Origin: Tubiluchus corallicola
Taxonomy: Eukaryota; Animalia; Priapulida
Reading direction: 5' to 3'
Assembly: GCA_030141605.1 (NCBI GenBank)
Contig: JAQGDQ010000035.1
Coordinates: 682,001-746,000, forward strand
DNA: 64,000 nt
Shown here: in pieces, positions 38,001-47,301 of the stretch
How the letters are laid out: every line of letters starts with the position of its first letter
Numbering within the stretch: position 1 is the first letter of the stretch
Position numbers and translations under genes: made by a program
The notes under the pieces: generated by a model
Databases searched by the model: none
What the model was told of the DNA's origin: nothing
Seen by the model: only the letters and a program-made list of their open reading frames with translations

Positions 38001-41000
38001 CATTTTAACATCAAAAAAGCAAATCAAACAGCTATGAATCAGTACAAATGAATCATACAAAATTGTACATTGAAATTTATTATGAATCGACAGATGAGGG
38101 TTAAATATTAAAATTGGTAAAGATGGTACAGGTTTGAAAAATAATCGATATAATAAAAACATTTAAAGGAATGCAATAGCAGCTTGATCATGTTACTTTT
38201 ATGAATATATTATATATATAGTAGACGCCGCATAATAGACTCACTCTGGACAGAAGTGTTTTGAGCCAGTTAACCGAGTGAACCTATTAACCGATGGGTA
38301 TTACTGGAATAAAAAGTACGAGTCGTCAGCTTAGTATGCACTGCAAAGGTTTTTAATGAATTTTAGAAAGGAAGTAATAAACTAAATTCCTTTGTGCAAT
38401 TAAAAATTTAACAAAATATTTTGAAATAATAAATTGAAATTTTAAATCACACATGTCTGTTTGTTTGCAAAAATGACTGTACTGCATCAGTGACTGAGCA
38501 TGAAAGGGTGTTTGCCAACGAGAGTTTTAAAAGGAAACCTCTAGATAAATGATTAAATGTTTAGTTTCCAGAAGTTCTTGGGTAACAAGGTTAATTGCAG
38601 TGGACGAGCTGGTAACAGATTCAAAGCAAAACCGCTACACTAGCTTATTAGCGCATAATAAGCGTACCTGTTTACAAACAAAACTTAACATGATTGTTTC
38701 TACATATATATATTAAAGTGCACAAAAGCGAAGTAAAGATGGCATAAAATTGGGAAATGCTCTTTGGGCACATGCAAATCTCTTATTTTAAGTACATCAA
38801 GGAAAATATTGGGTCAATTATGCAGAGTTATTTGAGTTAATTACTGACAGTTCTTATGTATATTTGAATAGGCATTTTTTCGTCAATTAAGCGATTGACT
38901 CTACTAACTGTGAGTCTATTAAGTGGCGCCTACTGTAGTTTCATAATTAACATAATTAACAGCTAAGAAAAAACAAATTTACCGTCTTTTGGAGATTTAG
39001 TAACGTTTTCACACATAGGTGTTTTCCTTTTTCTCTTGGTTTCCTGCCCTAATGGTGACCATTTCATATTTTTGCATGATTTTTCTTTATGCATATGATT
39101 TTGTTGCCGTTGGTTGGGTTTGGATTTAACTGCATGGATTTCACTCATTAACTGAATGTCTTTTTTTGCTCGCAGTGCACAAGTCCTGGTTGAACGACGC
39201 AATTTGCCCTAGGGTGAGAAAATTACAATTCAAGTATTTTGTTAAATTATCCATATTAATCATTTTGTCAAATTTTCCAAATTAAAACATTGTGTGTATT
39301 TGGAAATCTACTTGAATAAAATACCTCTGGTTCAGAATTCGTATCCAAAATACTGATTTGCTCCAGGTTCTTATTGACTCTTGACCGCCATGTACAAGTT
39401 GTTCTTGCTGCTTTTTTTGAAGTGACCTTTTTTGCTGCTGCAAGCAGCACCTTTGCTCGTCGTAGTCTGAGTCGTTTTGCTGACAACTACAAGATAATTT
39501 ACATTTTGAAATTATTATCGTCTGTTTGTTTTATAATGCTCGATGTTTCATCAATCTCCATTGACTTCATCAGAAGATGTACTATTAAAAAATTCTAGGA
39601 TGAAACAACCATACTAAGATAACAAATTAAACATGAAAACTACAGTAGCATAATGAAAATAAAAATGAACTACTAACCTATCCCAATAGTAACAGTTGCA
39701 AAATGTTTGTATCAAACAGTTTGGAAATATGTGAAATTTTCAAGTAAAAAGATAGCCGTATACACTTACAATAAAATTTGAAGAAATCTAGCATGCTGCA
39801 CTGTAATTCAGTATAGAACTAAGCAAACTTTGCATTCAGTTTCAGATGTTAGATAAGCACAAAACTTCAACTTTATCATAACAATATTTCTTTCAGGGCA
39901 AGGTTTTCAAATAAAACTTTTTGGAGTTTGCACACTATTTGCCTAATTTACCTAAGTATGGTAACATTTCTTCGAGCTTCCCATATAATTTCAAAATTCA
40001 ATGTTTCAGGAAACTGTTTGTGCCAGTTTTCACATTCCTCATTTTCAATTAAATCAATCAATCAAAATATTATTTTCATTTAACGTTTGAAGTGCTTTTG
40101 TAGTCTTGGGTTATTCAATAATATCTTTAAACAATATTTTTACAGATTTAAAGAATTTTAATCCTGCATTTAAAATCCTGGATACCACACCGGAATACTG
40201 TGTATAGACAAGTACTGCATTAATAAGGTACAGGAAGCCCACATAGCACTGTAACTATAAAAATTTAATATTAAACGTCGCACTAAAAGCTCAAAGAGAT
40301 AAGATAATTTAGTAACGTATGATGAAAATAATTTAAATCGTTCTACACAGTTTTGGTCTGCTTATGGTAGAGAATTTTGAAAGACATTAGCATTACCTAT
40401 TTTATAGAAAAACATGTTAAATTTCAGTAAATTAGAAATAATTTGTGCAACGAAAGCCAAACAAGCCTGCCACTTGTGTTTCATCTTACAAGCTTGTTAC
40501 TAACAAATTATAAGGAAGGCTCTGCAATTTGCTGAATAAGCTTGGTAAAGGTAGCATTAAACATTGTAAAATCAGATTACATTTGAAACAGGAATTACCT
40601 TAGTATTAATGTCGGCATGCTTCTGCAAAAATACACTGAAATTCTCACTTGCTGAAGTAGCTTCTACAACATAACAAACAGGTACCCATTATACGTAGAA
40701 ACTTAACAAGAAAAGTAAAAAATGCTAAAGCACATTTAAAAATGTTAGAACAGTTAAGACTCAAACAGCAGACTGTCTCTATCATTTGGAGCTTTTCAGC
40801 CAAATGTTATCTGAAACAGGAAGAGAAATGCAGTGTCTCAATCCAAGGCAAGACTGACAAATTGCAAGCTTGTAATGTTTGTTTATTAATAAAAAATTTT
40901 AAGTTCAGTCTTGTCATGGCCAATGTCAGGAAAGCTGTAACAAATGCTAAATAAACATAAAAGTTTTCTTACTGTTGTCAGGTCGTTTTTTCAGAACATG

Positions 41001-43346
41001 TGCACTTGTTTTTAATTGCTTTGCTGACATCTTCGATTTTCCAAGGCAAGATAGTGTGTCAAAATCATCAAGAGATGTTTCAAAATTAGCGTTATTCTTT
41101 CGACTCTTTGAAACGTTTCTTCTCGATGTTTTATTAACACACATTCCATGCTCAGCTTCTTCGCATTCTGCTTTTATCTGTTTGGAGTTATTATTACATT
41201 TCTGATTTCTAGCAGAAATCTTCTTAGATTTATATAGCTGACAGTTGCTTTTGTCACATTCATCCACGTTTTGAAAGCTGGCAGCTGGGCATGATACGAA
41301 TTTCAATCCAGACATTGACAGAGACAATGTACATTGCTTATTGACTTTTGCATCAAAAATTTTCCTATTCTCAATAGCATTATCGCAACAAGACAAATTG
41401 GTCTGCAATCTCACAAGTTTTCTTCTTTTAGCAGTTTTAGAAGTTGAAGAGTTCGCATTATTGGGCAGATTGGTACTATTGCTGATAGCTGGCAAACTTT
41501 TATCTTTTGTTTTTAAAACTGCACAATCTGTTTTAATATCACTATTAGTAGTAAAGTGACTGTCTAGAATAGAACTACAGTCCGATACTAGTTTGCGCTT
41601 GTTGTTTTGTTCTACCAGAAGGACATGGCCTACTTTTGAAAACTCTATATAGCATTTTTCTGGAGTTTTTTCTAAGCAAGCCTGGTTTACATTACACCTT
41701 AAAGGACCAGTTTCGCATTTAGAAATAAGGAATGCATCAGCAGTTTCAGATAAAGAAAGTGGTTTTTCTTGCGTAACTTCCTTTAATTGAAAACTACATT
41801 CAGAAACTTCGTTATCCAAAGCCACAGTTATAACATCTTCTCTATCAACAGCAACATTAGATGTTTTTCTTCCAATTTGATTTACGTTAACTGCTTTTGA
41901 AATGTCACCAGAAGGTATCTTCAATTCCGCAGGAGACAATCCATAAGGAGAAAGTGGATCAGCATGAACAATTGCCCTAACTTCTAACTTTGGTGCAGGA
42001 TCATAATTTCTGTTGGCAGCTTTCTTATCTACAGATTGAAAAAATCTGTGTAAAGTTTTTTGGCTTGATAACTTTGCATTTCCATTTGTTTCCTTTGCTT
42101 GTTGGGTAACAAAATCTTCATAAGATACAGATTTTAAGCTTTGAAAGTCTTTGTCCATACTCTTTATATTTACATTGGATGAACAATCAGATTCAAAGTA
42201 CTTTTTACCATTTTGAATTGATTTTGGCTTATCACAGGTTGTAGCAGATGTTTCAGAAAAAGCTTTGTCACCATTACTCATAAACAGTCGTCTACTAGCA
42301 GAATTGAAAGTAACATTTGCTCTGCCATTCGCATTTCCATTCACTTTAGACTGAAATGCAGATTTACAAATGCCTCTGGTGGTAGGCAGTGCATTGTGAA
42401 AATTTGTGGAAGTAACACATTTAGCAGTAGAGAAATCAACAGCATGCACACCCTTGAAAGCATCAGTTTCTTTGTCATCTAGCATGATACTAGAATCATT
42501 CTTTAAACGACAAAAATCATCTGGGGGAGAAGTTAAGTCAACGAATGTCATGTTATGATCAGTGGAAGAATTGTTGATGCCTTTTACTATGCAAAACGGT
42601 TTCTTATATTTTGCACTTTCTTCAAATTTTAGTGGTGATTCAACACAACCTTTTTCGCTGTTTTCTGTGACAGCATCCAATTCATTTTCGCTGAGATTTA
42701 GATGTCGACCCTTTTGCCTATGACTGGAAGGCACACTTCTGTCGGCTGGTCTGCTAACTGGTGGGAAGAAGTGTCGTAGGGAAAGCATTCCAATAGTATC
42801 TTCTTTATTTTGTGCCTACATAAGAAAAAACTAACAGTGGATGTTCAAGAGAATGAAAGTATAAATTTTGCAATGACCAAGCAGAAAAATAAATAATGAT
42901 ATGATAAGTGAATTACATATAAAATAGCATATCAACTAATCAAATAAACCCTAAATGGAATTGTATAATCTAAATATTTTATACTAATTAGGGGTGCACA
43001 AGAGGCAGTTCCCCAATATCTACTAAAAGATATATAAAAACATCATAATTACTTTTATTAATAAAGTAGAAAAATGACATGACCAAAGAAAAGGACAATT
43101 ACAAAAACGTTTGTAGAGACTTATTGTCATTTTGAGTAGTTTAATAGAGGCTTCAAATGAGCACTTTTCAATTGCAAATAACAGTTTTCCACGTCAATGC
43201 TTGTACGAGTCGTTTACTGTACGAGTTGTTACAGACTAGTAATATTTCAGAGTTTTTCAGTAGTTTCCAAAAATTTTATATACACAGTGTTAACATTTAA
43301 ATGAAACAAACCGGTGATGACTTACTTTTTCCTCATGATACTCCAT
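16989..43346 (-). CDS. ATAD5: ATPase family AAA domain-containing protein 5 (ELG1; large subunit of the PCNA-unloading RFC-like complex), 16 coding exons, ~1728 aa
   Basis: Exons 43346-43326, 42815-40973, 40663-40599, 39486-39325, 39208-38983, 37913-37649, 36981-36885, 36347-36185, 35361-35185, 31669-31506, 31079-30872, 29781-29654, 28396-28235, 27337-26076, 18006-17842, 17067-16989. All introns are GT-AG, phases are compatible, total 5187 nt. ATAD5 hallmarks: LWTEKYAP, CNTMILSGANGIGKTAAVYALAQDLGYKVFELN, ILSQLQEATQSHHV, LILFDEV, FMATTKRPIVMTTNDP, GDIRKCLLSLQFW, DYMPTLRAICRAEK, RFCHYFD. Confidence 0.93.
17842..18006 (-). CDS. ATAD5: ATAD5 exon 15
   Basis: Acceptor acag, donor GTAATT; encodes DYMPTLRAICRAEKVKKSERTKRRG. 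Confidence 0.9.
19340..19505. repeat. ~35-bp minisatellite, ~5 diverged copies
   Basis: Unit approximately TGACAGAAGAATCACCATTGTTTGTTAACTGTGCA. Confidence 0.8.
20900..22595 (-). mobile_element. Decayed Ty3/Gypsy LTR-retrotransposon pol (RT, RNase H remnant, integrase) in ATAD5 intron 14
   Basis: Frameshifted motifs: VDFR..ERHVTPTFDDI, DLNKVYHQIELHPDSRYITTF, NVINMSDDILI, EVKSFLGMTSY...LSEPLRTL, GNRIIIPVSLQKRALEFALETHQEIAKTKAR, YGLPRVVISDNGPPFFSEE. RT-RH-INT order is Gypsy-like. Confidence 0.9.
22596..23020. mobile_element. Non-autonomous DNA or Helentron-like element at the edge of the Gypsy remnant
   Basis: Motifs GAGACCTTTCATTTGAC and TGACCTTTGACCTT, a poly-G run, and a terminal hairpin AAGATTCT(N9)AGAATCTT at 22991-23015. 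Confidence 0.4.
24200..25920 (-). mobile_element. 5'-truncated, decayed non-LTR retrotransposon (CR1/L2-group LINE ORF2 RT and C-terminus)
   Basis: Frameshifted motifs: FSPVTVNEIKS..AGVDNF, IIPLFKAKD, HQYGFRKGYST..AIGIFCYLSKTF, GVPQGSILGSLLFLIYINDL, FDDT, WFRINKLALNSTKS, KFLGVI..HLDWKPH, GPRLWN..IKNSLSINNFK. Confidence 0.9.
26076..27337 (-). CDS. ATAD5: ATAD5 exon 14
   Basis: Acceptor catttcag; ANTTSYLQVLALAENIRT..GDIRKCLLSLQFWVESG; donor GTAAG. Confidence 0.9.
27580..28080 (+). mobile_element. Dispersed repeat, copy A (Kolobok-like left end AAAGGGGAAG)
   Basis: Colinear similarity over ~400 bp with 48684-49110, e.g. CCAACTG..AAAAC..CACTATC.CAGTGTGCA, TGACAATATAAAGTA, GATTATTTTTT, TTTAAA.TTACAAGT.TTATAC. 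Confidence 0.7.
28235..28396 (-). CDS. ATAD5: ATAD5 exon 13
   Basis: VNNVFEDHDDGFWSAVNTFMATTKRPIVMTTNDP...; 162 nt, phase 0/0. Absent from the ORF track. Confidence 0.92.
29654..29781 (-). CDS. ATAD5: ATAD5 exon 12 (Walker B)
   Basis: ...KNCLILFDE|GTAAAT. Confidence 0.88.
30872..31079 (-). CDS. ATAD5: ATAD5 exon 11
   Basis: VFELNGSSRRTGKHILSQLQEATQSHHV. Confidence 0.92.
31506..31669 (-). CDS. ATAD5: ATAD5 exon 10 (Walker A)
   Basis: CNTMILSGANGIGKTAAVYALAQDLGYK. Confidence 0.93.
31714..32010. mobile_element. pogo/Tigger-type MITE
   Basis: TA|CAAGTAGTCGTCGACTTACG ... CATAAGTCGATAACTACCTG (reverse complement CAGGTAGTTATCGACTTATG). Confidence 0.75.
32990..34220. mobile_element. Insertion with GC-richer core and TGG/GTG low-complexity tract; probable non-autonomous element
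   Basis: Starts after (TA)n; shares the 17-mer GTCAAATGAAAGGTCTC (33028-33044) in inverted orientation with 22634-22650; (TGG/TGTGG)n at 33760-34105; imperfect hairpin at ~34190-34215. Confidence 0.4.
35185..35361 (-). CDS. ATAD5: ATAD5 exon 9
   Basis: LWTEKYAPSAKAGIIGNSNAMKQLKEWLEKWK (RFC box II-like). Confidence 0.92.
36185..36347 (-). CDS. ATAD5: ATAD5 exon 8
   Basis: Acceptor gttgcag; LLAEIKQYNSAFHVIRTYKRIL; phase 0/1. Confidence 0.8.
36885..36981 (-). CDS. ATAD5: ATAD5 exon 7
   Basis: ttatttcag acceptor and GTAAGT donor; phase 2/0 bridges exons 6 and 8. Confidence 0.75.
37649..37913 (-). CDS. ATAD5: ATAD5 exon 6
   Basis: KLAPIF...KRAFLMSGVPDVIRKQ...PFPQFSHIQQ, a conserved ATAD5 block. 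Confidence 0.9.
38219..38935. mobile_element. pogo/Tigger-type MITE
   Basis: TA|TAGTAGACGCCGCATAATAGACTCAC ... GTGAGTCTATTAAGTGGCGCCTACTG|TA; ~26-bp TIRs and TA TSD. Confidence 0.8.
38983..39208 (-). CDS. ATAD5: ATAD5 exon 5
   Basis: ccctag acceptor, GTAAAT donor; basic, disordered (RRSTR, KRKRK); phase 0/1. Confidence 0.78.
39325..39486 (-). CDS. ATAD5: ATAD5 exon 4
   Basis: cttgtag acceptor; LRRAKVLLAAAKK; phase 0/0. Confidence 0.75.
40599..40663 (-). CDS. ATAD5: ATAD5 exon 3
   Basis: ttgtag acceptor and GTAATT donor; 65 nt, phase 1/0 as required to join exons 2 and 4. Confidence 0.65.
40973..42815 (-). CDS. ATAD5: ATAD5 exon 2 (large N-terminal disordered region)
   Basis: 1843-nt open exon; SVSYEDFV, EVRAIVHADP and RKTSNVAV resemble vertebrate ATAD5 N-terminal motifs; PIP-box-like QKTLHRFF. 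Confidence 0.9.
43326..43346 (-). CDS. ATAD5: ATAD5 first coding exon (MEYHEEK)
   Basis: GAGATGG start context, GTAAGT donor, in frame with exon 2. Confidence 0.65.
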
Positions 43347-43567
43347 CTCAACTTTAAGCTTAATCAAAAGTTAATGTAATCATGTTAATTATTGCTGTCT
43401 CACGCGGCCTACCGAGATGGATGCATCAAAATACATTTAATATTAACAATCTTTCACAAATTTACATTCAACCGCAATAGCTAGACAACGTAATGTGATT
43501 ACTATTTGACACATTTACAATTTCACATTCAATGGCACTAACTATTAATGTTCGCATTATTACTTGG

Positions 43568-43601
43568 CCAATTTTGGCGGGAACTTGGCAAAATGTTTGA
43601 A
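43568..43601. promoter_or_regulatory. Cell-cycle-type promoter motif cluster upstream of ATAD5 (CCAAT, E2F, CHR-like)
   Basis: CCAAT 43568-43572, TTTTGGCGGGAA 43572-43583, TTTGAA 43596-43601, ~230 bp upstream of the ATG. Confidence 0.55.
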
Positions 43602-44109
43602 GTTGAAAATCATGAACCTAAAACTATGTTGCAAAGCTTATGCTTCGATTATAGTCTTTATATAGATTCGAATAATCTATAAAATGGGTCTCACAAGAAT
43701 AATGTACTTTACTTGATTTTGTCCTGTAGCGAAAAACACTAATAACTTATTTAATGCAAGTAAAAAGATTGCATTAGATTAGCGTGCACTGAGAATAACT
43801 CAAGAATCTCCTTAGCATTATCTAAAACTATTGAGACGACAAAACGCCGAGAGCGGGTCAACTACTGACGCATATGGATACACTGCAAAATGATTTTAGC
43901 AAATAGTGCAAATAGAACTCTGGATTTGAGGGATGATGCATAGTGGTCTGTGGCAGAGCCTCTTTTAACATGTTGACTGGGTACCAAGTTTGGTACACAG
44001 TGAAGAAATGTTGCTACCCAGTGATGCCAAAATGTGACCACTGGGTACAGAGATACATTGTTTCAACGAAAAATTAAATTTTGCCCCTTTTGACTACTAC
44101 TAGTAATAC

Positions 44110-45420
44110 GTGGCACGGTCCTGTAGGAAACGTAATGAGTTTATGTTCGTTCCAGCGTTGAAGAACTACAGGTTCCTAGTGGCCGCTCGTCTGACGTTTG
44201 GTATGATGCGTGTGCGGCAAATGAATGGTTATACGGAACAGTACAGCTCTATTATTATAGTGAATGCACACCCAGGACACGTAGTGATTATCTGATTGGG
44301 CTGAGTGAAGTGCTCAGTATAGCCGTTTCTGGAAGAAAAATTCAAAATTTTTGTCGTGAATAAATTTATGAATCGGTAATTTGGTGATAAATTAATGGAA
44401 TGATCAACTGAATTAGATTCAGTTGATAAATCGGATACCTCCCTGATTTGATAAGATAAATTTATTGATTGATAATAAGAACTCACCCAGCTGGTAAGGC
44501 ACGGGATTTAATGCGATGCAAATTATTCCACAGGTGTGTTTTGAAGGTAAACAGGTGTCTATTGAGTGAGGACGCAGTCTTGCTTTATAGCCTTATGCAA
44601 AAGTATGTAATCGTTCTTTATAACCTTATGCAGAGTTGCACTTAATTAACAAGGGAGTCGCAATAGGCAAACTTCTTTGGAAGAGAAGTTTTATGGCCGA
44701 CGCCAAGCTTGTGCGAAGACATCAAGGGGGAGAAATTCTGAAGACAGACCTGGCATGTAGGACCTTTCCCACGCAGAAGAGGAATTCTTAAGCCACCTGG
44801 TTGATCGTAAACTTCTTGGCAGGGGATACCAGGGTTAAGCCAGGGATGTCACCTTTCACCTGATTGCGTTTGGGCGCGAATTACGCAAAGCCAAGAGCTT
44901 GGAGATATAAGCTCGGAGTTGGGAACACGAGGTGTTAGTCGGGCGTGAGTCAGTCAGCGGACATCGAGAGAGTCAGGAGCCAGAGAGAGGCGACACAGGG
45001 AATCTGACAGGGAGCGGAGACATCGTTTGACACCAGCGTGGAACAGTTCTACGTCCTCAGCAAATCGTCCAGGCGCTGGATCGACGAATAGTCTCACAAA
45101 TATCATTGGAGTTGACCAAGTGTACGAGAGTTGCATTGTGGTTATTCCACCGAGTTAAGTAATCTTAACGCATTTGTAACTGAGAGTAACTCTGCATAGC
45201 TGTAGTTCACATTGTATTGTGAATACTATACGATCAGAAAATACAAAAAGAGGAAGTGACATTTTTCCCGTTCCCCCCGTCAAACTGAGGGAGAGAATAA
45301 CGTACCCCATGGTACCCAGGCAAGAGATTTTGGGCATCAACAACTGGAGTGCGCCATGTTCTAGAATGTATAAAAGCACGTAGTACCACAATAAGCAATA
45401 CCTACTGCTTATCATTTTAC
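44110..45420 (+). mobile_element. GC-elevated LTR-like remnant between ATAD5 and TMEM220
   Basis: Composition shift, TGTAGG candidate starts at 44122 and 44756, TATA-like GATATAAG at ~44903 followed by TCAGTCAG, short internal direct repeats. Termini and TSD not resolved. Confidence 0.35.
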
Positions 45421-47160
45421 GACTGTCAATCTTTAAAGCTTGGTTCTACCTTTTTGAAGAACTCATGCAGACATTGCATGTAACATAGGAATCAGGCGAC
45501 TTTTTCGATTATCGGATAGAACGCATTTAAGAAAGGTGTATCCTGTCTCCATCATATCACGTAAAAAAAGAGATCATTGAGCTTTATAAAGCTGTGGTAC
45601 ATAGCAGTTTTTATGTAGTTTAGGGCTAACGGATAATAGCACACGTGAATGCGGCACCGAAATTCAAACCCCTGAACACCTAATATACAGACGCAACATA
45701 GTATATAAGGGTTAAATGGATACAACGATGTAAAAGGGTTAAATGCATAACACAATATAAATTTTAACTCACGCACACATAAAATTATGTATATATATTT
45801 TTATACATGTATGTATAACTCAGGCAAAATTTATCCTGGTTTTATCGTAAATTTTAGCAAAAGTCCCTGTTCTTATATATTTGTAAGTAAAGCGCTCATG
45901 TAGAAAAGTTTGTTATTTTTAGCACTTTCTCAATAGTGTAATCAAAATAACCCAAGTGAATGAATTTTGTTATTATGGATCTTAATTATTATAAATAATA
46001 GCTAAGATGTTTTATAAGCAAGTTTGTAGTACATGTATTAAGGACATGATTATAATTGACTGTGTTGTATATATACTCCTATGTCATGATACAGTGTACA
46101 ATTATCCGCCTACAAGTAGAGGCCTTGCATGTTTATATATATATTGTGCAAATAAAGATTTATCATCATGAATATGTCTGACTAGAAATACCAAATCTCT
46201 CTTTAATGCAGTAGGTATAGGTTTAAATTACGGATATACTTGACTATAATATAACATCCAGTTAACTATGTTTATAATACTGTATTTATCTGTTTATTCG
46301 TTACGAATTGTGCTTGTTGACTGCGTGATGCCTACCCGTTTTAACACGAATAAGCATAATAAATATGATGCCTAACCATTGACCTTGCCATAGTTTGCAA
46401 TAGTCACATTGCGAGTATAAAATGTTCGAACGTTATGATAGTGAACCTTGGTAAATTTAACATAAACTGAATGATCATAATAACCAATGAAATAAATTAC
46501 CAGCAAGTAACTTTAAAAATCACCATTTCATTTCATTTCTTATTATACTGACTTCATTTTTAAAAGAGAAAAAACAATAATTTTGAGAAATTTTAGCTTA
46601 AGTGGCTTAAGGGCGCATTTTTAGATTTTAATTTGCTTTGTGAAACTGCATCTCCATCATGGTGATGTGCTTTTGTGATGTCGTAGTTTCTCTGCGCTTG
46701 ATATTGATTCAATGCGTCACGCGAATTATACAGACCTGTTTGTCCACGCGAAAGGGGAAAGTCCAGATACTCTCATTTAAACCACACTGATTAGTACTAC
46801 TTAAGCTGATAATACGTGTTTTATTTCCCCACTCAGTCTGAATTGAACTTAGGTGTTCATGGTATTTGAAGATTTGAAGTGCCGTCTTTTAAACATAAAT
46901 GAACGTGACGATCACGGATTCATTTTTCGAGCTTTGGGTGATTTCTAAATTACTGCACATTAACACTAGTATTACATGCAAGTGAGGACCGGGTAGCAGT
47001 TATTAACTAGTAGTACATATAGTTACTCATTTATTAGTGAATAAACGTTACATCACTTTCGTTTTTGCGAATCAGTAGAATTGCTGTTTACATACACAGC
47101 CTACACTGAGTTGTTGTGTGTCGGTGATCGATTTACATTTGAATCTCAGTGATAGACAAC

Positions 47161-47301
47161 ATGGCTTCCTCATCTGAAGTTAAATACAACCTGCTCGAGA
47201 AAATAGCCAACCGTGAAAGGAAGGAGAACGTTTTTGAAATGGTGTGGAGAGGATCGAATTTAGTTATGACCGTTTTCTTTCTTTTAGCTGCATCTGTGCA
47301 G
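47161..47301 (+). CDS. TMEM220: TMEM220 exon 1
   Basis: AACATGG start context; ends CAG|GTGCGT. Confidence 0.88.

Noticed and set aside
39487-39594. 5' extension of ATAD5 exon 4 from an upstream AG
   Set aside because: Two in-frame stops (TAA, TAG) just before 39486.
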